This document shows, in pieces, positions 17,111-25,149 of a DNA stretch of 40,839 nucleotides. The stretch lies in assembly GCA_964631335.1 (NCBI GenBank), contig CAZVXD010000003.1, forward strand, positions 1 through 40,839, in the 5' to 3' direction. Origin of the DNA: an uncultured bacterium (lineage in GTDB: Bacteria; Hydrothermota; UBA3072). The number at the start of each line of letters is the position of its first letter. Within the stretch, counting starts at the first letter, position 1. Made by a program: the position numbers and the translations under genes. The notes beneath the pieces were generated by a model, which saw nothing but the letters and a program-made list of their open reading frames with translations, did not search any database and was not told where the DNA came from.

Positions 17111-17868
17111 TGTACGACGATATTTCCCCCGAAGCTAAAATAGCAGAAGATGTAAAAATCGGTTCGGGATGTTTGATAGAAAAAGACGTTTTTATAGGAA
17201 AAGGGACGAAAATATCTAAAGGTGTTATCATCAAAAGCGGAGTTCGAATTGGAGAAAACAACGACATACATCCTTATGCTGTAATTGGTGGTATGCCTCA
17301 AGATATTAAATCTCCCAAAGAAACGGGCAAGATAATCATTGGTGATTCGAACACAATAAGAGAGTTTTCCACAATCAATCTTCCCATCGGAGAAGTAACA
17401 GAAACAAAAATAGGGGATAATAATTACCTTATGGCTTATTCTCACGTGGGTCATAACTGCAAAACAGGGAATAACGTTCTTCTTGTAAACGGGGCGACAC
17501 TCGGAGGTTACTCTGAAGTGGAAGATTTTGCCTATATATCGGCATTTGTCCCGGTACACCAGTGGGTGAAAATCGGGGCTTATTCGCTGATAGGAGGGGG
17601 TTTCCGGATAATAAAAGATCTGGTTCCCTTTGCCATGGCCGCGGGTTCGCCTCTGCGGGTTGTTTCGTATAATTCCCGGGGGCTGAGAAGAAACGGTTTT
17701 TCATCCGAGAGAATAGAAGAGATAAAAAAGGCTTTTCGAGTATTATTCAGGTCGGGGCTTAACACAAAACAGGCTGTTGAAAAACTCAGGGAGAATTTTA
17801 AGGGTAATGAGGATATAAAACATATCGTCGGTTTTATCAATAAATCCGAAAGGGGAATAGTAAAGTAG
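17110..17868 (+). CDS. lpxA: Acyl-ACP--UDP-N-acetylglucosamine O-acyltransferase
   Basis: 252 aa. Left-handed beta-helix hexapeptide repeats, YSHVGHNC catalytic His region, C-terminal helical domain. GTG start overlapping the fabZ stop. Confidence 0.9.
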   Translation: MYDDISPEAKIAEDVKIGSGCLIEKDVFIGKGTKISKGVIIKSGVRIGENNDIHPYAVIGGMPQDIKSPKETGKIIIGDSNTIREFSTINLPIGEVTETKIGDNNYLMAYSHVGHNCKTGNNVLLVNGATLGGYSEVEDFAYISAFVPVHQWVKIGAYSLIGGGFRIIKDLVPFAMAAGSPLRVVSYNSRGLRRNGFSSERIEEIKKAFRVLFRSGLNTKQAVEKLRENFKGNEDIKHIVGFINKSERGIVK

Positions 17869-17890
17869 AAATTAAAGATAAAAGCCAATC

Positions 17891-18553
17891 GTGAAAAATA
17901 TTAATTCCATAATAGATCATACGAATTTAAAGGCCGATGCCGCCGAGAAAGACATTGTAAAATTGTGTGAAGAAGCTGTTCGATATAAGTTTAGGGGAGT
18001 TTGCGTGAATCCCGTTTGGGTTCCACTTGTTTTTAGTCATCTTAAGGGAGAAACTGTTAAAATAATTGCTGTTTGTGATTTTCCTTTGGGTTCTTCTTTT
18101 GGCGTAGTTCGGCAGAAAGAAGCGGAAATAATTATGGAAAATGGAGCAGAAGAGATAGATCTTGTTATGCAGATACCTCTTCTAAAAAGTAAGAAATATA
18201 AAGAAATTGAGGATGATATTGAAAAAATAGTTAATATAGTTCATCCTGAGGGAAAACTTAAAGTTATTATAGAAGCTCCTGTTTTATCTTCCGCAGATAT
18301 CTTGTTGGCGACAGCGATAGCAGAAAGAGCCGGCGCGGACTTTATTAAGTCCGGGACGGGTACAAACGGACCTGTCACTGTCGATCAAATAAAACAAATA
18401 AAAAGCGCGACAGCAATTCCCATAAAAGCGGCAGGAGGTATTAGGAGTATGGAAACCGCGTTGAAGCTTATAAGAGCCGGCGCGGCAATTTTAGGGAGTT
18501 CTTCAGGAGGAAAAATTATTAAAGAATTTAAAAAGGAAAATTCAGACAAATGA
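17891..18553 (+). CDS. deoC: Deoxyribose-phosphate aldolase
   Basis: 220 aa. IDHTNLK, VCVNP, ADFIKSGTG (Schiff-base Lys region), KAAGGIR. GTG start. Confidence 0.9.
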   Translation: MKNINSIIDHTNLKADAAEKDIVKLCEEAVRYKFRGVCVNPVWVPLVFSHLKGETVKIIAVCDFPLGSSFGVVRQKEAEIIMENGAEEIDLVMQIPLLKSKKYKEIEDDIEKIVNIVHPEGKLKVIIEAPVLSSADILLATAIAERAGADFIKSGTGTNGPVTVDQIKQIKSATAIPIKAAGGIRSMETALKLIRAGAAILGSSSGGKIIKEFKKENSDK

Positions 18554-19246
18554 GTAGGGAAAAATCAGGAATAAGTTGTGTTTTTCCTGCTTATAATGAA
18601 GAAAAAAAATATTGAGACAGCTATTAGAGAAGCGATAAAAGTGTTCGTCGAAATTCGCTTAGATTACGAGATAATTGTTGTCGATGACGGGAGCGAAGAT
18701 GGGACCTCGGAAGTAACTCTGGATATGGCTAAGAAAAATAAAAATATAAGACTGATCAAACATCCGGTGAACTTTGGTTATGCTGACGCTTTAAAAACAG
18801 GTTTTAAATCGGCGAGTAAAAACTATCTTTTTTATACCGATGCGGATAATCAGTTCGATCTAAAAGATATTAAAAGAGCTTTACCTCTGATAGAAGAAGC
18901 GGATATGGTAATAGGTTATAGATCTAAAAAAGCCATTAACATTATGAGAAAGGTTGGTTCCTTCGGGTATAATTTGCTGGCGAGAAAATTGCTTGCTTTA
19001 GATGTGAAGGATATCGATTGCGCATTTAAAATTTTTCGCCGCGAGGTTTTTGACAAAATCGAGATAGAGACCAGAGACTGGTTGGTGGACGCGGAAGTTA
19101 TCGCAAAAGCCTGTAAAAATAATATGATTATAAAAGAAATCGAGGTTAGGCATCTGCCAAGAAAAAAGGGGGAAGTTACGGTTAAAGCCGGCGACGTCGT
19201 AAGAAGCTTCAAAGGACTTTTAAATTTAAGAAAGAGGATAAAATGA
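18550..19246 (+). pseudogene. GT2 polyprenyl-phosphate glycosyltransferase (ArnC/GtrB/DPM1-like) interrupted by a +1 frameshift in an A8 tract
   Basis: An ATG at 18550 (ATGA overlap with the deoC stop) encodes MSREKSGISCVFPAYNEEKKY and stops at 18613. The rest of the enzyme (NIETAIREAIK...VVDDGSEDGT...YTDADNQ) is in the next frame (ORF track 18578-19246). Deleting one A from the run 18602-18609 fuses them into a canonical GT2 N-terminus, PAYNEEKNIETAI. Confidence 0.75.
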
Positions 19247-21468
19247 AAAAAGATTTTTTGTTAAGTAAAAATTTACATATTTATGCTCTATTCATGGGGC
19301 TCTGTTTATTATACTTTAACCAGATCGTTTTTGGTACCCGCTATTTTTTTGAGGATTTTCTGTATCAGTATTATCCTTTTCATAATTTCCTTGCCACGTC
19401 ATTAAGAAAGGGGGTTTTTCCTTTATGGGATCCTTTCGTTTTTTCGGGTACGTCTCTTATCGGAGATATTCAGAGCGCTTTCTTTTATCCTTTTAACATA
19501 ATACTTTTTCTCTTTGTGAAAGGAGAAGTCCTATCCTTTTATGTTTTGGAATTACAGAATATCCTGCATGTATTGCTTGCGGGTATCTTTACATATATGT
19601 ACGCGAGGGAGATAAAACTTTCTAAAAATGCTTCTATTATTAGCGCGGTAACTTTTATGTTTAGCGGTTTTTTGATAACCAGAATGATACATCTTACTTT
19701 CGTAAATGTTATCGTATGGTTACCTTTGATACTTTTGTTTCTTCAAAAAGCTTTAAGTGAAAAGAGTTATTTTTATTCGGTTCTGGCAGGACTTTTTATG
19801 GGGTTATCCATGCTGGCCGGTTCTCCGCAATTTTCACTTCATATTTTTTATTATTTAGTATTTTATACGTTATTTTTTGTTGTAACTAACAGGAAGAATT
19901 CATCTTTAATGAGGTCTTTTTCTTTTCTGGGTATTATTTTTATAATATCTCTGGGTATCGCCGCGATTCAATATTTGCCTTCTTTTGAATATACAGCGCA
20001 TACCGTTCGTGAAAGCATTTCTCTTGAAGATTCTTCCGTTTTCTCGATTTCTCCGGGACATCTCCTGACTTTATTTATTCCGAAACTATTTATAGATTTT
20101 TCCGGAAAAGCGCAGGCTTATGTTGTTTCATCTTTAGAAATCGGAGAAGCTTATGGGTCATTCTGGGAAAGGGCAATTTATCTCGGTGTTTTCCCGCTGA
20201 TTTTATTATTCTTCAGTTTTAAAGAGAGGAAAAACAAGTTAATCTGGTTTTTCGCGGCAATGTCCGGTTTTTTCCTTGTCGCGGCTTTAGGTAAATACAC
20301 TCCTTTATACAAATTTATTTATTACTGCCTTCCCGGGTTTAATAAATTCAGGATTCCTGGAAGATTCGCGGGGCTATTTTCTTTTTCAATGGCAATCTTA
20401 GCCGGTTTCGGCGCGAATGTTTTTTTCGATAAAAAGCGAATAAAATTTCCCAGGGTGCTATTCTGGCTTATTGGTCTGGTTTTAATATTCTGGTTGCTTA
20501 TATACGCCGGGGCGTTTAAAAATTTAAACGAATTTACCTCAAAAATTTATATTTATAATAACATGAAAAAACAATATAGTATTTTTGTTCTCTTCCTTTT
20601 TCTGTCGCTGGTTATTGTTTTTTTTAGAACAAAGAAAGTTTTGTCGATTAATTCCCTTGCTTTTTTCTCCGTAATACTCGTTTTTTTAGATTTATTCAAT
20701 TTCGGGCACAATTTCAATCAAAGTAAAGTGTCTTCGCATCAATTCTACCCTCTTAATACAACTGCTGTTAGATATCTCCGAAAAGAAAGCAAAAAGGAAA
20801 CATTCAGAACGAGTGCCATAGCGGGTAATCAATTGATATTAAGAAGGAACAGTGGTAATATATACTGGTTCGGACTTATAGAAGGATACACCCCTCTTAA
20901 AATAAAAAGATATTCGGAGTTCTCACAATTACCCGATGATAGAAGGTTGGATTTATTGAATGTTAAATATAAATTCAATTTAACTGAAGGAGGAGATGCG
21001 CAGTTAGTATCTAATGGGGGTTATGTGCCTCGAGCTTTTATGGTTTATAAATACACTTTAGCGCAAGAAGAAGATAGTATATTAGACATGCTCTCGGAAG
21101 AAAAATTTGATTATATTAATGAAGTAATACTTGAAGAAGATCCCGGTTTAGCAAATGCCGAAGAAGAAAAACATCCCGTGTATAAAATTGAAAATCAATT
21201 ATTCGGAGTTAACAGTATTTCTCTGAAAGCGCAAACCTCCGAGCCCGGTTTTCTGGTTCTATCCGAGATCTACAATCCGGACTGGCGAGCCTATGTAGAT
21301 GGGAAAGCAATTAAAATTTATCGCGCGGATTATACCTTGAGAGCAGTACCGATTGAGAAAGGGACGCATCAAGTTGAAATGTTTTATAATCCCGGTTCGT
21401 TTAGAACAGGTAGAATTATAACGGTATGTACTTTAGTTATAGTCGTTTGTTTGCTTTTTCTTTTATAA
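19243..21468 (+). CDS. YfhO-family polytopic membrane protein (GT-C-like glycosyltransferase)
   Basis: 741 aa. About 13 TM segments followed by a soluble C-terminal domain and a final TM helix, which is the YfhO architecture. ATGA overlap with the GT2 stop. Confidence 0.7.
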   Translation: MKKDFLLSKNLHIYALFMGLCLLYFNQIVFGTRYFFEDFLYQYYPFHNFLATSLRKGVFPLWDPFVFSGTSLIGDIQSAFFYPFNIILFLFVKGEVLSFYVLELQNILHVLLAGIFTYMYAREIKLSKNASIISAVTFMFSGFLITRMIHLTFVNVIVWLPLILLFLQKALSEKSYFYSVLAGLFMGLSMLAGSPQFSLHIFYYLVFYTLFFVVTNRKNSSLMRSFSFLGIIFIISLGIAAIQYLPSFEYTAHTVRESISLEDSSVFSISPGHLLTLFIPKLFIDFSGKAQAYVVSSLEIGEAYGSFWERAIYLGVFPLILLFFSFKERKNKLIWFFAAMSGFFLVAALGKYTPLYKFIYYCLPGFNKFRIPGRFAGLFSFSMAILAGFGANVFFDKKRIKFPRVLFWLIGLVLIFWLLIYAGAFKNLNEFTSKIYIYNNMKKQYSIFVLFLFLSLVIVFFRTKKVLSINSLAFFSVILVFLDLFNFGHNFNQSKVSSHQFYPLNTTAVRYLRKESKKETFRTSAIAGNQLILRRNSGNIYWFGLIEGYTPLKIKRYSEFSQLPDDRRLDLLNVKYKFNLTEGGDAQLVSNGGYVPRAFMVYKYTLAQEEDSILDMLSEEKFDYINEVILEEDPGLANAEEEKHPVYKIENQLFGVNSISLKAQTSEPGFLVLSEIYNPDWRAYVDGKAIKIYRADYTLRAVPIEKGTHQVEMFYNPGSFRTGRIITVCTLVIVVCLLFLL

Positions 21469-22425
21469 ATGAGAAAGGTTAAAATAATTATAGGTTTATT
21501 GTTAAGCGCTTTTTTCCTATGGTTGGCTTTATTGAAAGTGGATTTTGGGGAACTTCTTCTCGCGTTGGAATCTGCCAACTATCCGTTTATTATCGCTGCC
21601 GCCTTTTTAAATGGTTTTACTTTTATACCCCGCGCGTGCAGATGGAGACTTTTATTGAAACCGCTAAAAAACGCTCGTTTCGGCAACACCTTTGGTTCTT
21701 TATCGGTGGGTTTTATGGCAAACTCCGCTCTCCCGGCAAGAGGAGGAGAGTTTGTAAGGGCTTTTGCCATCGGACAAACTGAAAAGATATCGAAAAGTGC
21801 TTCTTTTGCTACAATAATAGTGGAGAGAGTGCTTGATTTGATTACTTTGATACTTTTTCTGATTTTTTCACTTCGGTTTATTTCAAACGATTCGATAGTA
21901 TCTAAAATATTTTGGACGGGTGTATTATTAACTATATCGATTATAATCTTCCTCATTGTTCTGAAAAACAAACCCGGAACGATAAACATCATTGTTTTAT
22001 TATTTCCCAAAAGATTTCGAGGAAAAATCAGGGAATTTTTGGGAGCATTTATAAGGGGTTTGCAAATTCTCAGCAGTTTTAGAGTTTTGTTTTATTCTTT
22101 CATCCAATCTCTTTTTTTGTGGTCGTGTTTCGCTATAATTTATTATGTTTTGTTTATAAGCTTTGGCTTTAATCTTTCTTTCGGAGCGGCATTTCTGGTA
22201 ATGACTATATGTAGCCTGGGTATAGCTATACCTTCTTCTCCGGGATTTATAGGGACTTATCATTATTTCGTGGTTTTCTCTTTAAGCCTTTTCGGGATAT
22301 CTAAGAGCAGTGCTTTGAGTTTTGCGATAGTTGCCTGGGCGGTTAATTTTCTACCGGTGGTTATTATCGGTCTCGTGGCTCTTAATAAATTGGGGCTTTC
22401 TCTGATGATTAAAAAGGAAACTTAA
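21469..22425 (+). CDS. UPF0104 / lysylphosphatidylglycerol-synthase transmembrane-region family protein (MprF flippase-domain-like)
   Basis: 318 aa with about 8 TM segments. The conserved loop LPARGGEFVRA is typical of this family. Starts immediately after the YfhO stop. Confidence 0.7.
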   Translation: MRKVKIIIGLLLSAFFLWLALLKVDFGELLLALESANYPFIIAAAFLNGFTFIPRACRWRLLLKPLKNARFGNTFGSLSVGFMANSALPARGGEFVRAFAIGQTEKISKSASFATIIVERVLDLITLILFLIFSLRFISNDSIVSKIFWTGVLLTISIIIFLIVLKNKPGTINIIVLLFPKRFRGKIREFLGAFIRGLQILSSFRVLFYSFIQSLFLWSCFAIIYYVLFISFGFNLSFGAAFLVMTICSLGIAIPSSPGFIGTYHYFVVFSLSLFGISKSSALSFAIVAWAVNFLPVVIIGLVALNKLGLSLMIKKET

Positions 22426-23261
22426 CTGCGATTTTCTTGAGAAGGGTTTTTAACAGTGGGTTTTAGACCGTATTTAAAAGATAGGGCATTGGTCGGGCAG
22501 GCTTTAATACACTCCCCGCATCTTATACAATCTACCGATTCAGGTGTCTTAAATATTTCAACATCCATAGGGCAAACATTTTGGCAGGCATAACATTCGA
22601 TACACTTATTGTCATCGACCTGTATCCTGAAGAAAGTAAATTTATTAAAGATTCCGTAGATAGCTCCCAGCGGACACATAAAACGACAGAAAGGTCTTTT
22701 GATAAAAATAGAGGAAGAAATAAATACTACGACTATAGCTATTTTAATGAAGAATAAAATTCCGATAAGGCTTCTTAAGGAAACGTCCAACATAATCATG
22801 GGAATTCCCGCTTCGACTCCTCCCGCGGGACATATCTTACAGAACCAGGGTTCTGCAGTGAGGGCAGGAAGGACTAAAGCAAAAACAAGTAAAAAGAAAT
22901 ATTTGGAATATGTATATTTTCGGTGGATACGAATTTTAGGTGTTTTTATTCTATATGGAATTTCCTGGAAAAAACCAAAAGGGCAAATCCATCCGCATAC
23001 AAGTCTTCCCGTCATTATTCCCAAAAACCCCATAAATCCTAAAACGTAAATGGGAAGGGTTCTTACCCCTATAAAATTTTGCATGGATCCGAGGGGGCAT
23101 GAAAAACGTGCTAAAGGGCAGGCGTAGCAGTTTAATCCCGGGCAAAAGTATCCTTTTAGTTTCCCCTGGTATATATTTTTACTAAAATGATTGTTGACCG
23201 CGAGAAAGGAAACAATATATAAAGAATATCGCGTTACTCTTTTATATAACCAGCCAAACAT
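22422..23261 (-). CDS. Membrane-bound polyferredoxin (NapH/MauN/CcoG-like 4Fe-4S binding protein)
   Basis: 279 aa. TM segments carrying CxxxCP motifs (CGWICPFG, CKICPAG, CRFMCPLG). C-terminal 2x[4Fe-4S] motifs CIECYACQNVCP and CIRCGECIKACP. Confidence 0.8.
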   Translation of the reverse strand: MFGWLYKRVTRYSLYIVSFLAVNNHFSKNIYQGKLKGYFCPGLNCYACPLARFSCPLGSMQNFIGVRTLPIYVLGFMGFLGIMTGRLVCGWICPFGFFQEIPYRIKTPKIRIHRKYTYSKYFFLLVFALVLPALTAEPWFCKICPAGGVEAGIPMIMLDVSLRSLIGILFFIKIAIVVVFISSSIFIKRPFCRFMCPLGAIYGIFNKFTFFRIQVDDNKCIECYACQNVCPMDVEIFKTPESVDCIRCGECIKACPTNALSFKYGLKPTVKNPSQENRS

Positions 23262-23262
23262 T

Positions 23263-23403
23263 CTAATCTATGCCTATGCAGGAGAAACAAATAAGTGAGC
23301 CTCGATACTCGGTGTCCAATCTCTGTTGCGACTGTACCCCGAAGATAAAAATCCCAATAAAAAAGATTAGTCCAAGAATATAAAGGATTATACTCTTATT
23401 CAT
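23263..23403 (-). CDS. Candidate 46-aa membrane peptide with a C-terminal CxxC (not in the ORF track)
   Basis: ATG overlaps the TlpA stop (ATGAATAA). Its TAG stop lies 1 nt before the polyferredoxin ATG. Translates as MNKSIILYILGLIFFIGIFIFGVQSQQRLDTEYRGSLICFSCIGID: one TM helix plus CFSC. Confidence 0.4.
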   Translation of the reverse strand: MNKSIILYILGLIFFIGIFIFGVQSQQRLDTEYRGSLICFSCIGID

Positions 23404-23953
23404 CTTCTTTTTCTATTAATTTGAGAACGAGTTTCTCGATATCTTTCTCAGCTCCGGGAGCATATCCGACAAATTTGTTTACAATACTTCCGTCTTTATC
23501 AATCAGGTACGCGGTGGGTATACCTTTTATAGCATACGTCTTAATTAATTTTCGGGCTCCCAAGAGCACAGGATAATCCATATTGTTCTTTTTTATAAAA
23601 TATTTAATCTTCTGCGGGTCGGTATCCAGGCTTAGGCCCAATATAACTAACCCTTTTTCATTGTATTTATTGTAAAGTTCCACAAGGTGAGGTATTTCAA
23701 CCACACATGGAGGACACCAGGTTGCCCAGAAATCAACAATTACAACTTTATCCCTATAATCTGAAAGCTTGTGTTCATTGCCTGCCGTATCATAAAGAGT
23801 AAAATCAGGGGCAATCATAGATTTCTTCGCACCTACTTCTTTTGGACTTTCACTTTTATTCTTATTTTTATAATTCTTGTCGCTTTCAGTTTTGCCGCAA
23901 CTCGAAATCGTGAAAATCAAGAGAGAAAGAAGAACAAGTGTTTTCATAGACAC
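23396..23953 (-). CDS. TlpA/ResA-like thiol:disulfide oxidoreductase lipoprotein
   Basis: 185 aa. Signal peptide with lipobox ISSC. Redoxin fold with a WATWCPPC active site. Confidence 0.85.
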   Translation of the reverse strand: MSMKTLVLLSLLIFTISSCGKTESDKNYKNKNKSESPKEVGAKKSMIAPDFTLYDTAGNEHKLSDYRDKVVIVDFWATWCPPCVVEIPHLVELYNKYNEKGLVILGLSLDTDPQKIKYFIKKNNMDYPVLLGARKLIKTYAIKGIPTAYLIDKDGSIVNKFVGYAPGAEKDIEKLVLKLIEKEDE

Positions 23954-23959
23954 ACCTCG

Positions 23960-24193
23960 CTATTTGATATTCAATAATCGTTTCAACTTGTTCTCATCGA
24001 AACCGACTATCTTATGGTTTCCAAAAAGTATAACAGGCACTCCTGTTTGTCCGGTTTTTCTCTTTAGTTCCTTTGCTGCTCCGGGATATTTCGAAATATT
24101 TATTTCTTTGAATTTGATATCGTGATCCTTTAAAAATTTCTTTGCCCGTATGCAATGAGGACAACTGGAGTTTGTGTAAAGTTTTATGGTCAT
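23960..24193 (-). CDS. Glutaredoxin-like (NrdH/YruB-type) small redoxin
   Basis: 77 aa. CPHC active site at the start of helix 1. GVPVILFGNHKIVGF matches the glutaredoxin fold. Confidence 0.8.
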   Translation of the reverse strand: MTIKLYTNSSCPHCIRAKKFLKDHDIKFKEINISKYPGAAKELKRKTGQTGVPVILFGNHKIVGFDENKLKRLLNIK

Positions 24194-25149
24194 TCTATTC
24201 CTTCGAGAAATTTATAGGCTTCATGTCCGGCAATGGCGCCGTCCCCAATGGCGGTCGCAATCTGCCTGAAAGGTGTATTCCTGATATTCCCCGCGGAAAA
24301 GACGCCTTTTTTCGAAGTTTTCATATATTCATCTGTTAGTATATATCCGTTTTTATCTAATTTTAGTTTATCTTTAACTAATTCATTATTCGGTACTTCT
24401 CCGGCGTAAATGAAAGCGCCCCTTGCTTTTATATTTTTTGTTTCGTTATTATTAACGTTTTTTATATCCACGCTTTCTAAGAATTTATCCCCGTTGAAAC
24501 CTGCTACCATATGAGAAGTTAATAGATTTATTTTATCGTTTTTGTTTATTCTGTCCAGCAGTATGGGTTCGCATGTGGGATGATCGAGACATTCGACAAT
24601 TGTGATATGTTTGGCGAAATTCGATATATATAAAGCCTCCTGTACTCCGGAATTGCCGGCTCCCACTACCACGACATTTTCACCTTCGAAAAACGGAGCG
24701 TCACAGGTCGCGCAGAATGAAATCCCTTTATGTATAAATTCTTCTTCTCCGGGAACCCCTATTTTTTTGTTCGAAGTACCTGTTGCCAGAATAATACAGT
24801 CTGAAGTACAGGAGCCGTCAGAAGCTTTTATTTCGAAAGGATTTACATCTAAATTTAATTCTGTGACTGTTACGGATTTTATTTCTGAGCCGAAATGTTC
24901 GGCGTGTCGAGTAAAAAGTTCTCCTAATTTTTCTCCTGAGATACCCTCTACGAAGCCCGGATAGTTTTCTACCTTTTGAATATTGGTGACGTATCCGCCG
25001 GGAAGAATTTCTTCAAAAATTACAGTATCGATTTTAGATCTTTCAAGATAAATGGCTGCCGTCAATCCTGCGGGACCGCTGCCTATTATAGCCGCGGAAT
25101 AATGTTTCTTTTTGCTGCCGCTCGAAGTTTTCCTAATAGAAAAATCCAT
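24190..25149 (-). CDS. trxB: Low-Mr thioredoxin-disulfide reductase family flavoprotein (atypical pyridine-nucleotide site)
   Basis: 319 aa. FAD GxGxxG (GSGPAG), redox-active CATCD, second Rossmann GAGNSG. The position of the canonical HRRxxxR motif reads ECLDHPTCEP. Confidence 0.85.
   Translation of the reverse strand: MDFSIRKTSSGSKKKHYSAAIIGSGPAGLTAAIYLERSKIDTVIFEEILPGGYVTNIQKVENYPGFVEGISGEKLGELFTRHAEHFGSEIKSVTVTELNLDVNPFEIKASDGSCTSDCIILATGTSNKKIGVPGEEEFIHKGISFCATCDAPFFEGENVVVVGAGNSGVQEALYISNFAKHITIVECLDHPTCEPILLDRINKNDKINLLTSHMVAGFNGDKFLESVDIKNVNNNETKNIKARGAFIYAGEVPNNELVKDKLKLDKNGYILTDEYMKTSKKGVFSAGNIRNTPFRQIATAIGDGAIAGHEAYKFLEGIE

Noticed and set aside
16921-17559. 212-aa minus-strand ORF spanning the fabZ-lpxA junction
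   Set aside because: It lies antisense to two highly conserved genes, has no motifs and no plausible start context. It is a shadow ORF.
18578-18595. GTG start proposed by the ORF track for the GT2 gene (MFFLLIM...)
   Set aside because: The hydrophobic peptide is the out-of-frame reading of the conserved ISCVFPAYNEE segment. The real N-terminus is in the neighbouring frame starting at 18550, so this is a frameshifted gene and not a shorter one.
22422-22425. Convergent UPF0104 and polyferredoxin genes share a palindromic TTAA that forms both stop codons
   Set aside because: It is real in the sequence, but such 4-nt convergent overlaps are common in compact genomes. No further structure was found there.
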